Positions 1 to 7,658 of a stretch of DNA of 20,829 bases are shown piece by piece. The stretch comes from an uncultured Methanosarcinales archaeon (lineage in GTDB: Archaea > Nanobdellota > Nanobdellia > Woesearchaeales > UBA583), in assembly GCA_964429995.1 (NCBI GenBank), contig CAYSDY010000005.1:1-20829 (forward strand), read 5' to 3'. Under the pieces are notes generated by a model that saw nothing but the letters and a program-made list of their open reading frames with translations, did not search any database and was not told the DNA's origin. How positions within the stretch are numbered: position 1 is the stretch's first letter; the number at the start of each line of letters is the position of its first letter. The translations under genes were made by a program, and so were the position numbers.

Positions 1-55
1 ATTCATCCACCACCAAAAATATTTTGGAAGTGGTCTTCTTGAGAATTAAGATAAA

Positions 56-63
56 TTTATAAA
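56..63 (+). promoter_or_regulatory. Archaeal TATA-box-like element for the 85..477 gene
   Basis: TTTATAAA preceded by purine-rich AAGATAAA. Its centre lies ~25 nt upstream of the ATG at 85. The same octamer sits at the same distance before several other first-in-unit genes in this window. Confidence 0.45.
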
Positions 64-84
64 ATAAAAAACATGTAAAAATAT

Positions 85-477
85 ATGTTGAAAAAAAAAA
101 GCATTAGCGAGCTTACAGGAGTAATGCTATTATTATCCTTATGCATTGTTGCAATAATTTTATATCAGGGATGGATAGTTGATTTTAGTAGTGGAATTTT
201 TTCACAGACACAAACCCATACAAACAACAATGCTTATATTCTTGAAAAGATAGAAACAGTTCTAAATAACAAGATTTACTTATCAACCAATAGAGGTCAG
301 TTAAACATAAAACAGATAAAAATAGGTGGAATAGATTGCAATATAAGCTTAAGTTTAAATGATACTGGAAGCATAGACTTTACCGATTGTATCGCTGAAA
401 TGGAATCTGGCAACAAAGAGATAGTTGTAATAACAGATAATAGAGTTATAAGCAAAACAGTATTTATACAAGGATAA
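85..477 (+). CDS. Archaeal type IV pilin-like protein (class III signal peptide)
   Basis: ATG start. The N-terminus MLKKKSISELTGVMLLLSLCIVAIILY is a short basic stretch followed by a hydrophobic helix. LNIKQIKIGGIDC resembles LALNYIKIGDRMC of the pilin-like ORF at 19565. The ORF ends at TAA 475-477, but the same frame stays open to 1623. Confidence 0.6.
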   Translation: MLKKKSISELTGVMLLLSLCIVAIILYQGWIVDFSSGIFSQTQTHTNNNAYILEKIETVLNNKIYLSTNRGQLNIKQIKIGGIDCNISLSLNDTGSIDFTDCIAEMESGNKEIVVITDNRVISKTVFIQG

Positions 478-666
478 AATCAAGTTATATTAAGTTTTTA
501 TTCTGACAAATATCATGCTTACAAAGGGAATAGTTTTACCCTTTATTGGACCAGTGAAGAAGCAACATCATGTAGTCTTTCAAATTCATCACATACAGAT
601 ATAGAAGTTTCACTCTCTTCAAGTCTTACAATATATCCTACAGAATTAGGTACTCTAAACTATAGC
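478..666 (+). other. Start-less coding-like segment in frame with both 85..477 and 667..1623
   Basis: 63 sense codons without a stop in an AT-rich background, and no in-frame ATG/GTG/TTG. The translation ...GNSFTLYWTSEEATSCSLSNSSHTDIEVSLSSSLTIYPTELGTLNYS looks like a small Ig-like beta-sandwich repeat (xLxWxSxxAxSC pattern). Confidence 0.6.
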
Positions 667-1623
667 ATGAAATGTGAAAACAAGGCATCAACAGTTATAG
701 AAAACATAAGCATAGAAGTAACAAGAAGTTTTATAGATTGTGCTTATTCAGATTATCTTTTAGGTTGTGAGGCTTTTTATATTGTAACACCACATAATAC
801 GTTAATAGACACATTACACGGAATTGAGTTGCAGACCAATTTTTCTTCAACAACTATGAATCATACGAATGGTAAAGCTCATTGTGAGGCTTTAGAACAG
901 GCAGGTCATTCAGACTGGAGACTACCAACATCAACAGAATTACTTATGTCTATTGTAAACATCGCTCCAAACGGTGCTGGAATAACAAATTTATTTAAAA
1001 GTGAACTATTTACAAGTATAGCAACCGGACAATATGTATGGAGTGATAGTTTTTACAGAACCTATACTACAAGACCATTAACACATCAGCCATCAAGACT
1101 TCTTCAAATACTTTCAGAAACAACATTATTATATTATGTAATGTGCGTAAGAGATTATGATACAGATAATGATTTTTTAAAAACACAAAAATATGTTTAT
1201 AACTCAGGTTTAGGGCAAAAAAGAAATGTATCCGATTTTATTTTAAATGGATGTGGATCTGGAACAATACTTGATAATCTTACAAAACGTTGCTGGCAAC
1301 AAAGTCTTTCAGGCGTTGAGATGGAGTGGTTGACCGCTAAAAATTATTGTGAAAATTTAGAATTAGGTAATCATAGTGATTGGGAATTGCCAGATTTAAA
1401 AGAATTAGCCACACTCTTAGGCTATTCTTCAGAGACAATACAAACAATAGTTACATCCTATGGTTTTTCAAATATTCCTAATGGCTATTTGTATTCAAAT
1501 AAGGAATATTATGGAGGCACAAATAATGTTTATTACGCATGTTTTAGAAATGCAAGACCTTACTATTTTGCCAAAACAGAAACCACATGGCGTCATGCTT
1601 TTTGTGTAAGAAGAGATTTTTAA
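667..1623 (+). CDS. Secreted Cys-rich protein with two tandem DUF1566 (Lcl C-terminal-type) domains; coding probably extends upstream to 478 or 85
   Basis: Two copies of the family signature: AHCEALEQAGHSDWRLPTSTELLMSIV ... YVMCVRD, and MEWLTAKNYCENLELGNHSDWELPDLKELATLL ... HAFCVRR. Ten Cys residues. Confidence 0.75.
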   Translation: MKCENKASTVIENISIEVTRSFIDCAYSDYLLGCEAFYIVTPHNTLIDTLHGIELQTNFSSTTMNHTNGKAHCEALEQAGHSDWRLPTSTELLMSIVNIAPNGAGITNLFKSELFTSIATGQYVWSDSFYRTYTTRPLTHQPSRLLQILSETTLLYYVMCVRDYDTDNDFLKTQKYVYNSGLGQKRNVSDFILNGCGSGTILDNLTKRCWQQSLSGVEMEWLTAKNYCENLELGNHSDWELPDLKELATLLGYSSETIQTIVTSYGFSNIPNGYLYSNKEYYGGTNNVYYACFRNARPYYFAKTETTWRHAFCVRRDF

Positions 1624-1670
1624 AACAATTTTATGGAAAAATTTATATTAACCATAAAATCTTAATACTT

Positions 1671-2012
1671 ATGAAATACTATGTTGTAACATTTATTATA
1701 CTTAACTTTGTAATGATATTGTATATGCTATCATCTTTTAGAAAAAAAGTTCCGTTAATATTTGAATTATCTTTTATATTACTATATGCACTAAACATGA
1801 TTATTGTAATATTTCCAAGAGTTGTTGAGATACTTCATTTTTACTTTGGTATATATAACATACTAGTATCTATTTTGTTTATATTCATATTCATATTGTA
1901 CATATTAGTTTACCTTCTTTTTGTTCACATAGAACGGCAAAGAAAAGATATAACAAAACTTGTAACAGAATTAGCACTAGAAAACAAGCAAAAGGATGAT
2001 TCAAAAAAATAA
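1671..2012 (+). CDS. Small 4-TM membrane protein, DUF2304-like
   Basis: Starting at the internal ATG 1671 (MKYYVVTFIIL...) avoids the 37-nt overlap of the track ORF (1587) with the upstream gene. Four hydrophobic helices are followed by a charged tail (ERQRKDITKLVTELALENKQK), as in DUF2304 proteins that accompany glycosyltransferases. Confidence 0.55.
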   Translation: MKYYVVTFIILNFVMILYMLSSFRKKVPLIFELSFILLYALNMIIVIFPRVVEILHFYFGIYNILVSILFIFIFILYILVYLLFVHIERQRKDITKLVTELALENKQKDDSKK

Positions 2013-2065
2013 TTTAAATTTATAAGCAAATAATTAATTCATTTAAATTTCAATCTGCCAACAGA

Positions 2066-2073
2066 TTTATAAA
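2066..2073 (+). promoter_or_regulatory. TATA-box-like element for lysS
   Basis: TTTATAAA centred ~26 nt upstream of the ATG at 2096. Confidence 0.45.
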
Positions 2074-2095
2074 CATTCAAAAATATAAATTTTAT

Positions 2096-3586
2096 ATGGT
2101 CATTTCGGATGAAATAAAAAAAGAAAAAATATCAAAGTTAAACAAGATTGCAGAATTAGGATACGAAACATATCCATATAGTTTTGATAAAGATTCAAGG
2201 ATAAAAGATATCAGGGAAAAATACGAAAATGTATTAAAAGAACACGAACAGACACAAGATTATGTCAAGATTGCTGGAAGAATAATGCTTAAGCGTGAGA
2301 TGGGAAAAGTCATGTTTATGGATATCTGTGATGAAGATTCAAAAATACAGGTTTTTTTTCGTTGCGATGATTTAAAAGAGAAATATGAGCTTGTTAAGTT
2401 GATAGATTTAGGTGATATAATAGGAGTTTATGGTCATGTTTTTAAAACAAAACTAGGGGAACTTTCAATATATGTAAAGGATTTTAACATATTAACAAAA
2501 ACATTTGTAGAACTTGGAGATAAGTTTCATGGAATAAAAGATGTAGAATTAAGATACAGAAACAGAAGCATTGATATGGTAATGAATCCAGAATCAAGAT
2601 CAGTGCTTAAAAAACGTTTTTTAATAATGCAAAAAATAAGGGAATTTATGATAAATGAAGGTTTTTTAGAAGTTGAAACACCAATTGCAGAAATACATTA
2701 TGGAGGAGCAGCAGCAAAACCATTTATTACACATCACAATGCATTAGATTTAGATCTATATCTTCGTGTTGCAACAGAAGAAAATCTTAAAAGAATCGTA
2801 TGTGGAGGAATAGAGGCTGTTTTTGAAATGGGTAAGGTTTTTAGAAATGAAGATATTGACAGAACTCATAATCCAGAATTTACATCAATGGAAGCCTATA
2901 AAGCTTATGTAGATTATGAATACATGATGAGTATGTGCGAGCGTCTTTTTGAGTTTGTTGCATTAGAAATAAACGGTACCACAAAAGTTACTTTTAAAGG
3001 TTGTGAAATAGATTTAAAGGCTCCATGGAAAAGAGTTAGTGTAAAATCCGCAATAAAAGAAGGTAAAGGGATTGATGTTGATAAATTGAGTGATGAAGAA
3101 TTATTTGAAATGGTAAAAAAAATAGGTAAAGATTTGTATCATAAAACAAGAGGAGAAGCAATATTAATTTTATTTGAAGAATATGGTGAACCTACAGGAA
3201 TACAGCCAACACACTTTATTGATTATCCACAAGAATCAACAGTCTTTTGCAAGAAAAAACGTGGTAGTCCTGATCTTATAGAAAGGTTTGAAAGTTTTAT
3301 ATGTGGAATGGAAGTTGCAAATTCATATTCAGAACTAAACGATGCAATACTGCAAAGATCTCTTTTAAAAGAGCAGGAAGAACATAAAGAGCAAGGTAAT
3401 GAAGAAACATGGGGAGAGGTAAATGAAGACTTCTTAGAAGCTCTTGAATTAGGAATGCCTCCTACTGGTGGAATAGGAGTTGGCATTGATAGACTTGTAA
3501 TGGTTATGTTAGGTCAGGATTCAATAAGAGATATAATATTTTTTCCAACAATGAAACCGAAAGAAAAAACAGTTAAAACAGAATAA
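2096..3586 (+). CDS. lysS: Lysyl-tRNA synthetase, class II
   Basis: 496 aa. The N-terminal OB-fold region is followed by a class II core. Motif 2-like FRNEDIDRTHNPEFTSMEAY; motif 3-like GMPPTGGIGVGIDRLVMVMLG. Confidence 0.93.
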   Translation: MVISDEIKKEKISKLNKIAELGYETYPYSFDKDSRIKDIREKYENVLKEHEQTQDYVKIAGRIMLKREMGKVMFMDICDEDSKIQVFFRCDDLKEKYELVKLIDLGDIIGVYGHVFKTKLGELSIYVKDFNILTKTFVELGDKFHGIKDVELRYRNRSIDMVMNPESRSVLKKRFLIMQKIREFMINEGFLEVETPIAEIHYGGAAAKPFITHHNALDLDLYLRVATEENLKRIVCGGIEAVFEMGKVFRNEDIDRTHNPEFTSMEAYKAYVDYEYMMSMCERLFEFVALEINGTTKVTFKGCEIDLKAPWKRVSVKSAIKEGKGIDVDKLSDEELFEMVKKIGKDLYHKTRGEAILILFEEYGEPTGIQPTHFIDYPQESTVFCKKKRGSPDLIERFESFICGMEVANSYSELNDAILQRSLLKEQEEHKEQGNEETWGEVNEDFLEALELGMPPTGGIGVGIDRLVMVMLGQDSIRDIIFFPTMKPKEKTVKTE

Positions 3587-3678
3587 TTTATTTAAATTTT
3601 TTTATAAAATAGACTAAATTTTAATTTAACATAAAAAAGAGATGTTTAAAACAATAAGTTTTTTAAATTACAAAATAT

Positions 3679-4164
3679 ATGCATATGAGTATGGACAGAG
3701 AAGACAAAACTTCATCAATTCTAAGGCAGTTTAAAAAAAAAACAAAAAGGATTGTAAATAAGAATCTATTTACAGAATTTTTTTATTTAAATAAGGAAAG
3801 AGAAGTAATAGAATTTTTGTATCATGAAGATGATTTGATAATAAATCAATTTTTAAAAAAATTTTTACCAAAAGAATTGTCAGAATTTGTAGAACTTAAA
3901 ATTTTTAATGATGAAGAAGAAGAAATAAAGAGTTGGTATTATAATGATGAAAACCTTGTTCTTATAATAGAAGTTAATTGGGGTGAAGGCAAGCAAGAAA
4001 TAAGTATGGAAATAGATATAGAAAATTTCAACATAACGATTGTAAGTGATAAAGGATTTTTTGCAAAAACAGTTGATCCTATACTGTTAAATGATTATTT
4101 TGTAAGCTTTATAGGAATTCAGGCAAATGCCATATCTCAGACATTCAACAATTTAAAGAGATAA
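3679..4164 (+). CDS. Hypothetical acidic protein, no recognisable domain
   Basis: 161-aa ORF between well-supported genes with no competing ORF. The start could also be ATG 3685 or 3691. Confidence 0.5.
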   Translation: MHMSMDREDKTSSILRQFKKKTKRIVNKNLFTEFFYLNKEREVIEFLYHEDDLIINQFLKKFLPKELSEFVELKIFNDEEEEIKSWYYNDENLVLIIEVNWGEGKQEISMEIDIENFNITIVSDKGFFAKTVDPILLNDYFVSFIGIQANAISQTFNNLKR

Positions 4165-4208
4165 AAAAATTATAGAAAGCTTACAAAACTCATATAGTTT
4201 GATTAGAA

Positions 4209-4295
4209 AACTATGTTAGTCCTTACAATATGTATGTTTTACAACGCCATATCCTAAAAAAGCTTACGAAAAACAAGGTTTTTTAAAATTCTCTA
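4209..4295. repeat. Intergenic repeat element, copy A (pairs with 14776..14873)
   Basis: Manual alignment with copy B gives about 75 of 87 positions identical plus one 1-nt indel, in the same orientation. It contains AGCTTACGAAAAAC and an AAAAAC-NNN-GTTTTT hairpin. The last 3 nt (CTA) are the TAG stop of the minus-strand gene 4293..5444. A weaker AGCTTAC-AAAAC copy lies ~83 nt upstream (4178-4189). Confidence 0.8.
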
Positions 4296-5444
4296 CAATT
4301 CAACATTTACACTTTGTTCTTTAAGGTCTAACTTTTTAATTATTTTTTTTAGTTTATCACTTTCTTTAATTTTCTCTTTTAAAAAATCAGAACCTTTTTC
4401 TTTTAATGTTAAATTAATGTTTTTTATAATATCCTCAACCAGAGCATAGTTAGAATATATCAAATTTCCTTTATTTGTTTCAAATTCAATTTCATCTTCT
4501 ATGCTTTTTAGTTGTTCCATCTGTTTTAAAAGTCTTACATTAAGGCTTTTCATTTTATTTTCATAATCAGTCTGTTTTTTATCAATAGCTTTAATATGTT
4601 GTGAGTAATACGCCTTTATCAGTTCATTAAATGTTTCAAATTCAATAAGTTTTTTATCAGAAAATGATTTAAAAAGGTAAGGAATAAAATCATTAATTAA
4701 TTTATCATCATTATCATCAATTACCCCAAATGGTTTTATTTGAATTTTGGTCAATTCTATTGCACTACATATAAGTTTTTTAGCAATATCTTGATTAATA
4801 TTATTAGTATAAATTCCTTTTTCTATTCCTGATCTTATACATACTTCTTCAGCATACTTACCACCAAATCCGAATTCAGTTGCAATAAATTTTACAATTT
4901 CAGTTCTAGTTTCACAAGTTTTTTTCATAAAATAGTCATAATCCATGTTAAAGATAGAAAAATCTTTTTTAGGAGGCAATTCATATTTATCAGATACCAT
5001 TATTGCCCTATCCTTATATTTTCTTTTAATGAGCGAATTTTTTATTATATAGTTATCATCACAAAGTATGACATTTCCTTTTGCAAACATCTCAAACATT
5101 AGATGATAACAGCAAATATCATCATTTTCCTTTTTTTCTATTTTAAAGTCTATTATTCTTTCTGATTCAACCTGTTTAATATCTGTTATATAAGAATTAT
5201 TAAGATACTTTCTTAAATACAATACAAAATTTTCAGGAAAACTTGAATCACATCCATCCTTATTATCATCAATAAAACAACATGTACCTATCTTAAATAC
5301 GAAAAACCTGTTTCCCTTATTCTTAACATATATCTTAATGTAAAAATTATCATCAGATTTATAAAAATTATCAATTCTCTGATTCTTTAACATTTCAAAT
5401 TCTTTTATCAGAAAAAACAAATCCATTGATGTTATCTGTTTCAT
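4293..5444 (-). CDS. NFACT-family (RqcH/FbpA/Rqc2-like) protein with the N-terminal half only: NFACT-N + HhH + coiled coil, no NFACT-R/DUF814
   Basis: The N-terminus MKQITSMDLFFLIKEFEMLKNQRIDNFYKSDDNFYIKIYVK is typical NFACT-N. FGFGGKYAEEVCIRSGIEKG is the HhH segment. A coiled-coil-like stretch KQTDYENKMKSLNVRLLKQMEQLKSIEDE follows. The ORF stops at 383 aa. Confidence 0.75.
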   Translation of the reverse strand: MKQITSMDLFFLIKEFEMLKNQRIDNFYKSDDNFYIKIYVKNKGNRFFVFKIGTCCFIDDNKDGCDSSFPENFVLYLRKYLNNSYITDIKQVESERIIDFKIEKKENDDICCYHLMFEMFAKGNVILCDDNYIIKNSLIKRKYKDRAIMVSDKYELPPKKDFSIFNMDYDYFMKKTCETRTEIVKFIATEFGFGGKYAEEVCIRSGIEKGIYTNNINQDIAKKLICSAIELTKIQIKPFGVIDDNDDKLINDFIPYLFKSFSDKKLIEFETFNELIKAYYSQHIKAIDKKQTDYENKMKSLNVRLLKQMEQLKSIEDEIEFETNKGNLIYSNYALVEDIIKNINLTLKEKGSDFLKEKIKESDKLKKIIKKLDLKEQSVNVEL

Positions 5445-5467
5445 AATACATAAATACTAAGGATAAA

Positions 5468-5475
5468 TTTATAAT
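5468..5475 (-). promoter_or_regulatory. TATA-box-like element for the NFACT-like gene
   Basis: The minus strand reads ATTATAAA, centred ~27 nt upstream of the start codon at 5444. Confidence 0.4.
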
Positions 5476-5564
5476 ATTTACTTTAGATGTAAATAATAAG
5501 CAATACTATTTCCTAAGAAGCTTAAAAAAAACCTTAATGTTTTTTAACTTCTTTATATTATAAA

Positions 5565-6836
5565 ATGGAATTTGACATACTAAAAGGAACAAAGGATTAT
5601 CCTCCAAAAGAACAGATTCAGATAAATAAAATATTTGATATTATGAGAAAAAATTTTGAATTATTTGGTTTTAGACCTTTTGATAGCCCAATAATAGAAT
5701 TTTTTGACACACTTGCAATGAAATATGATGAATCTGCTGAAATTGTACAGGAGATTTTTAAGGTTAAAGATAGAGGTGATAGGCAATTAGGTCTAAGATA
5801 TGATCTTACAACTCCTCTTTCAAGATTCTTTGCAATCAACAGGAACATAAAAAAGCCTTTTAGAAGATACCATATAGGAAAAGTTTTTAGAGATGGTCCT
5901 ATAAAGTCAGGTCGTCTTCGTGAATTTACACAATGTGATTGTGATGTTATAGGAGATAAAGATACTCTTGTTGATGCAGAATTACTATTACTTTATACTA
6001 AGGTTTACAAAGAACTTGGCATAAATGCTGTAATAGAAATCAACAACAATAAAATACTAAAAGGTGCATTTATGCAAAGTGGATTTGACCAAAAAGATAT
6101 TCAAAAATTAATATTAAGCGTTGATAAATTAAAAAAAATAGGTGTTAAAGGAGTTCTTTGTGAAATTAAAGCTAATGGTTTTGATGTTGTTAAAGCAGAA
6201 TTAGCAATAAATCTATTAAATAGCAAAGACATAGAAGAGCTAAGATCACTTGCAACAAATGAGCAATTACTTGAAGGTATAGATGAGTTATCAATATTAA
6301 AATCTGCAATATCCACATTTTGTGATTTTAGAATAAATTTTTCGATGGCAAGGGGTCTTGCAATATATACAGGCAACATATGGGAAGTTTACGATAAGGA
6401 TGAAACAATAACATCTTCAATTGGAGGTGGAGGTCGTTACGATAACATAATAGGGGAATATGCAGGTTTAAAAGAAAATGAGAAAGTATATGCTGTTGGT
6501 ATCTCATTTGGTTTAATTCCAATACTTGCATGTCTTGAAGCAAAAGAAGAGAAAAACACAAAAGAAGGAGTAACTGATTTGTTAATTGTGCCATTAAACA
6601 ATAATCTTTCAAATTATGCTTTTACTTTAGCAGAAAAATATAGGCAAAATAATATAAATACAGAAATATACTACGGTTATAAGCTAAATAAAGCTTTTGA
6701 GTACGCTCAATATTTAGGTTGCTTAAAAATGGCAATAATAGGTGAACAAGATTCCAAAAACAACATTTATACATTAAAAGACATAAATACAGGCGAACAG
6801 GAAAAAATAAACATGAATAATATCAAGATGTTTTGA
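5565..6836 (+). CDS. hisS: Histidyl-tRNA synthetase
   Basis: LKGTKDYPP N-terminus, LRYDLTTPLSRF, motif 2-like RYHIGKVFRDGPIKSGRLREFTQCDCDVIG, GGGGRYDNII, and a C-terminal anticodon-binding-like domain. Confidence 0.93.
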   Translation: MEFDILKGTKDYPPKEQIQINKIFDIMRKNFELFGFRPFDSPIIEFFDTLAMKYDESAEIVQEIFKVKDRGDRQLGLRYDLTTPLSRFFAINRNIKKPFRRYHIGKVFRDGPIKSGRLREFTQCDCDVIGDKDTLVDAELLLLYTKVYKELGINAVIEINNNKILKGAFMQSGFDQKDIQKLILSVDKLKKIGVKGVLCEIKANGFDVVKAELAINLLNSKDIEELRSLATNEQLLEGIDELSILKSAISTFCDFRINFSMARGLAIYTGNIWEVYDKDETITSSIGGGGRYDNIIGEYAGLKENEKVYAVGISFGLIPILACLEAKEEKNTKEGVTDLLIVPLNNNLSNYAFTLAEKYRQNNINTEIYYGYKLNKAFEYAQYLGCLKMAIIGEQDSKNNIYTLKDINTGEQEKINMNNIKMF

Positions 6837-6857
6837 CAAATATATTGAATAATAAAA

Positions 6858-7658
6858 ATGTTACAAAAGAAAAAAAATACAGACCTAATCAGAAGTTTTC
6901 ATTCAGAATTAAGAAAAATATACAGGTCTAGTTCGTATCACATACTTTTAAACAGTATGGATGACTGTCTAGATTATGACATATTTTCAATGAGAAATAT
7001 ACAGGGCCTTTCTGAACACATTCCAGTTTATAAATTAGCGAACAAAAAAATCATTGTTTTTGAAGGTCTTGAGGGGGCAGGAAAAACAAGGCAGTCAAAA
7101 GATTTAGAAAAAGTACTTAAAGGTTCATATAGGGTGCCTAAGATAACAAATAGTCCATTTTCATTATTTTTAGAGAGTCTTAAGTCATATTATACAGTTG
7201 GGTTTCCAATAATAAATCCATTATACGATAGTCTTTTACGTGCATTTAATGCACTTGAAATAAGAGATAGCATAGTTAAAGGGACTGTTTCAAACATTAT
7301 TCTTGACAGATCAGACATATCATTTAGAACTTTTCAGGAATATTATTTTAATAATACAGGAATTCTAAAGAAGCATTACAGGGATTTTTTAAAAGAATTA
7401 TCAATGTGTTTTCCCCCAAAAGACATTCTTATACATCTTCACATAAGTTATGAAGAATCGTTAAAAAGGAAAGAAAAAAGAAGTGATGAAGAAAGATCAT
7501 TTGATTTTTTTCATAGTCAGCCATGGTTATTGGACAGATATCACGAATTAATTAGAGAACACAATACATATTTAATAGAAATTGATGGTACACTGTCAAA
7601 AGAGGAAAATCATTATGAAATTGTAAAAAATCTAAAAAAAATGATAAATGGTCTTTAA
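6858..7658 (+). CDS. Thymidylate kinase-like P-loop NMP kinase (divergent)
   Basis: IIVFEGLEGAGKTRQSKDLEKVL matches the Tmk P-loop context, and LDRSDISFRTFQ resembles the Tmk DRY..S..AYQ segment. There is a ~60-aa N-terminal extension. ATG 6990 is an alternative start. Confidence 0.55.
   Translation: MLQKKKNTDLIRSFHSELRKIYRSSSYHILLNSMDDCLDYDIFSMRNIQGLSEHIPVYKLANKKIIVFEGLEGAGKTRQSKDLEKVLKGSYRVPKITNSPFSLFLESLKSYYTVGFPIINPLYDSLLRAFNALEIRDSIVKGTVSNIILDRSDISFRTFQEYYFNNTGILKKHYRDFLKELSMCFPPKDILIHLHISYEESLKRKEKRSDEERSFDFFHSQPWLLDRYHELIREHNTYLIEIDGTLSKEENHYEIVKNLKKMINGL

Noticed and set aside
91-100. A10 homopolymer tracts (91-100, 3732-3741, 8480-8489, 10611-10620) as slipped-strand phase-variation switches in surface or glycan genes.
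   Set aside because: All encode Lys runs (AAA codons), which are expected in a very AT-rich, Lys-rich proteome. One lies in a non-surface hypothetical gene. There is no evidence of length heterogeneity from a single sequence.
475-477. Reassignment of TAA to a sense codon (alternative genetic code) as the explanation for the in-frame stop. A second in-frame TAA occurs in repeat copy A at 4255-4257.
   Set aside because: TAA terminates most well-defined genes here at family-typical lengths (lysS, kdsD, aglB, GT1 and others). TAG and TGA are also used as stops (kdsB, the NFACT-like gene and the flippase use TAG; hisS uses TGA). The standard code fits, so a local nonsense mutation or readthrough is more parsimonious.
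1587-1670. Upstream extension of the DUF2304-like ORF (track start at 1587).
   Set aside because: It overlaps the 3' end of the DUF1566 gene by 37 nt, and its translation (MASCFLCKKRFLKQFYGKIYINHKILIL) precedes the first TM helix without family resemblance. ATG 1671 gives a protein of typical DUF2304 size.
3223-3486. Antisense or alternative-frame ORFs from the track lying inside larger genes: this one, plus 5618-5848, 6101-6379, 6328-6612, 8990-9241, 10089-10283, 10711-11037, 14013-14207, 14069-14296, 16886-17086, 17226-17459, 17700-18143, 18252-18479 and 20154-20369.
   Set aside because: Each is fully embedded in a longer ORF with strong family motifs on the other strand or frame. Their translations are low-complexity (S/L/F/I-rich), typical of the reverse complement of AT-rich coding sequence. 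None has a promoter-like box.
2096-3586. Class II LysRS in an archaeal context as evidence of horizontal transfer, given that many archaea use class I LysK.
   Set aside because: Class II LysRS occurs natively in several archaeal lineages, and I cannot place this sequence phylogenetically without a search. Composition and promoter architecture match the neighbouring genes.
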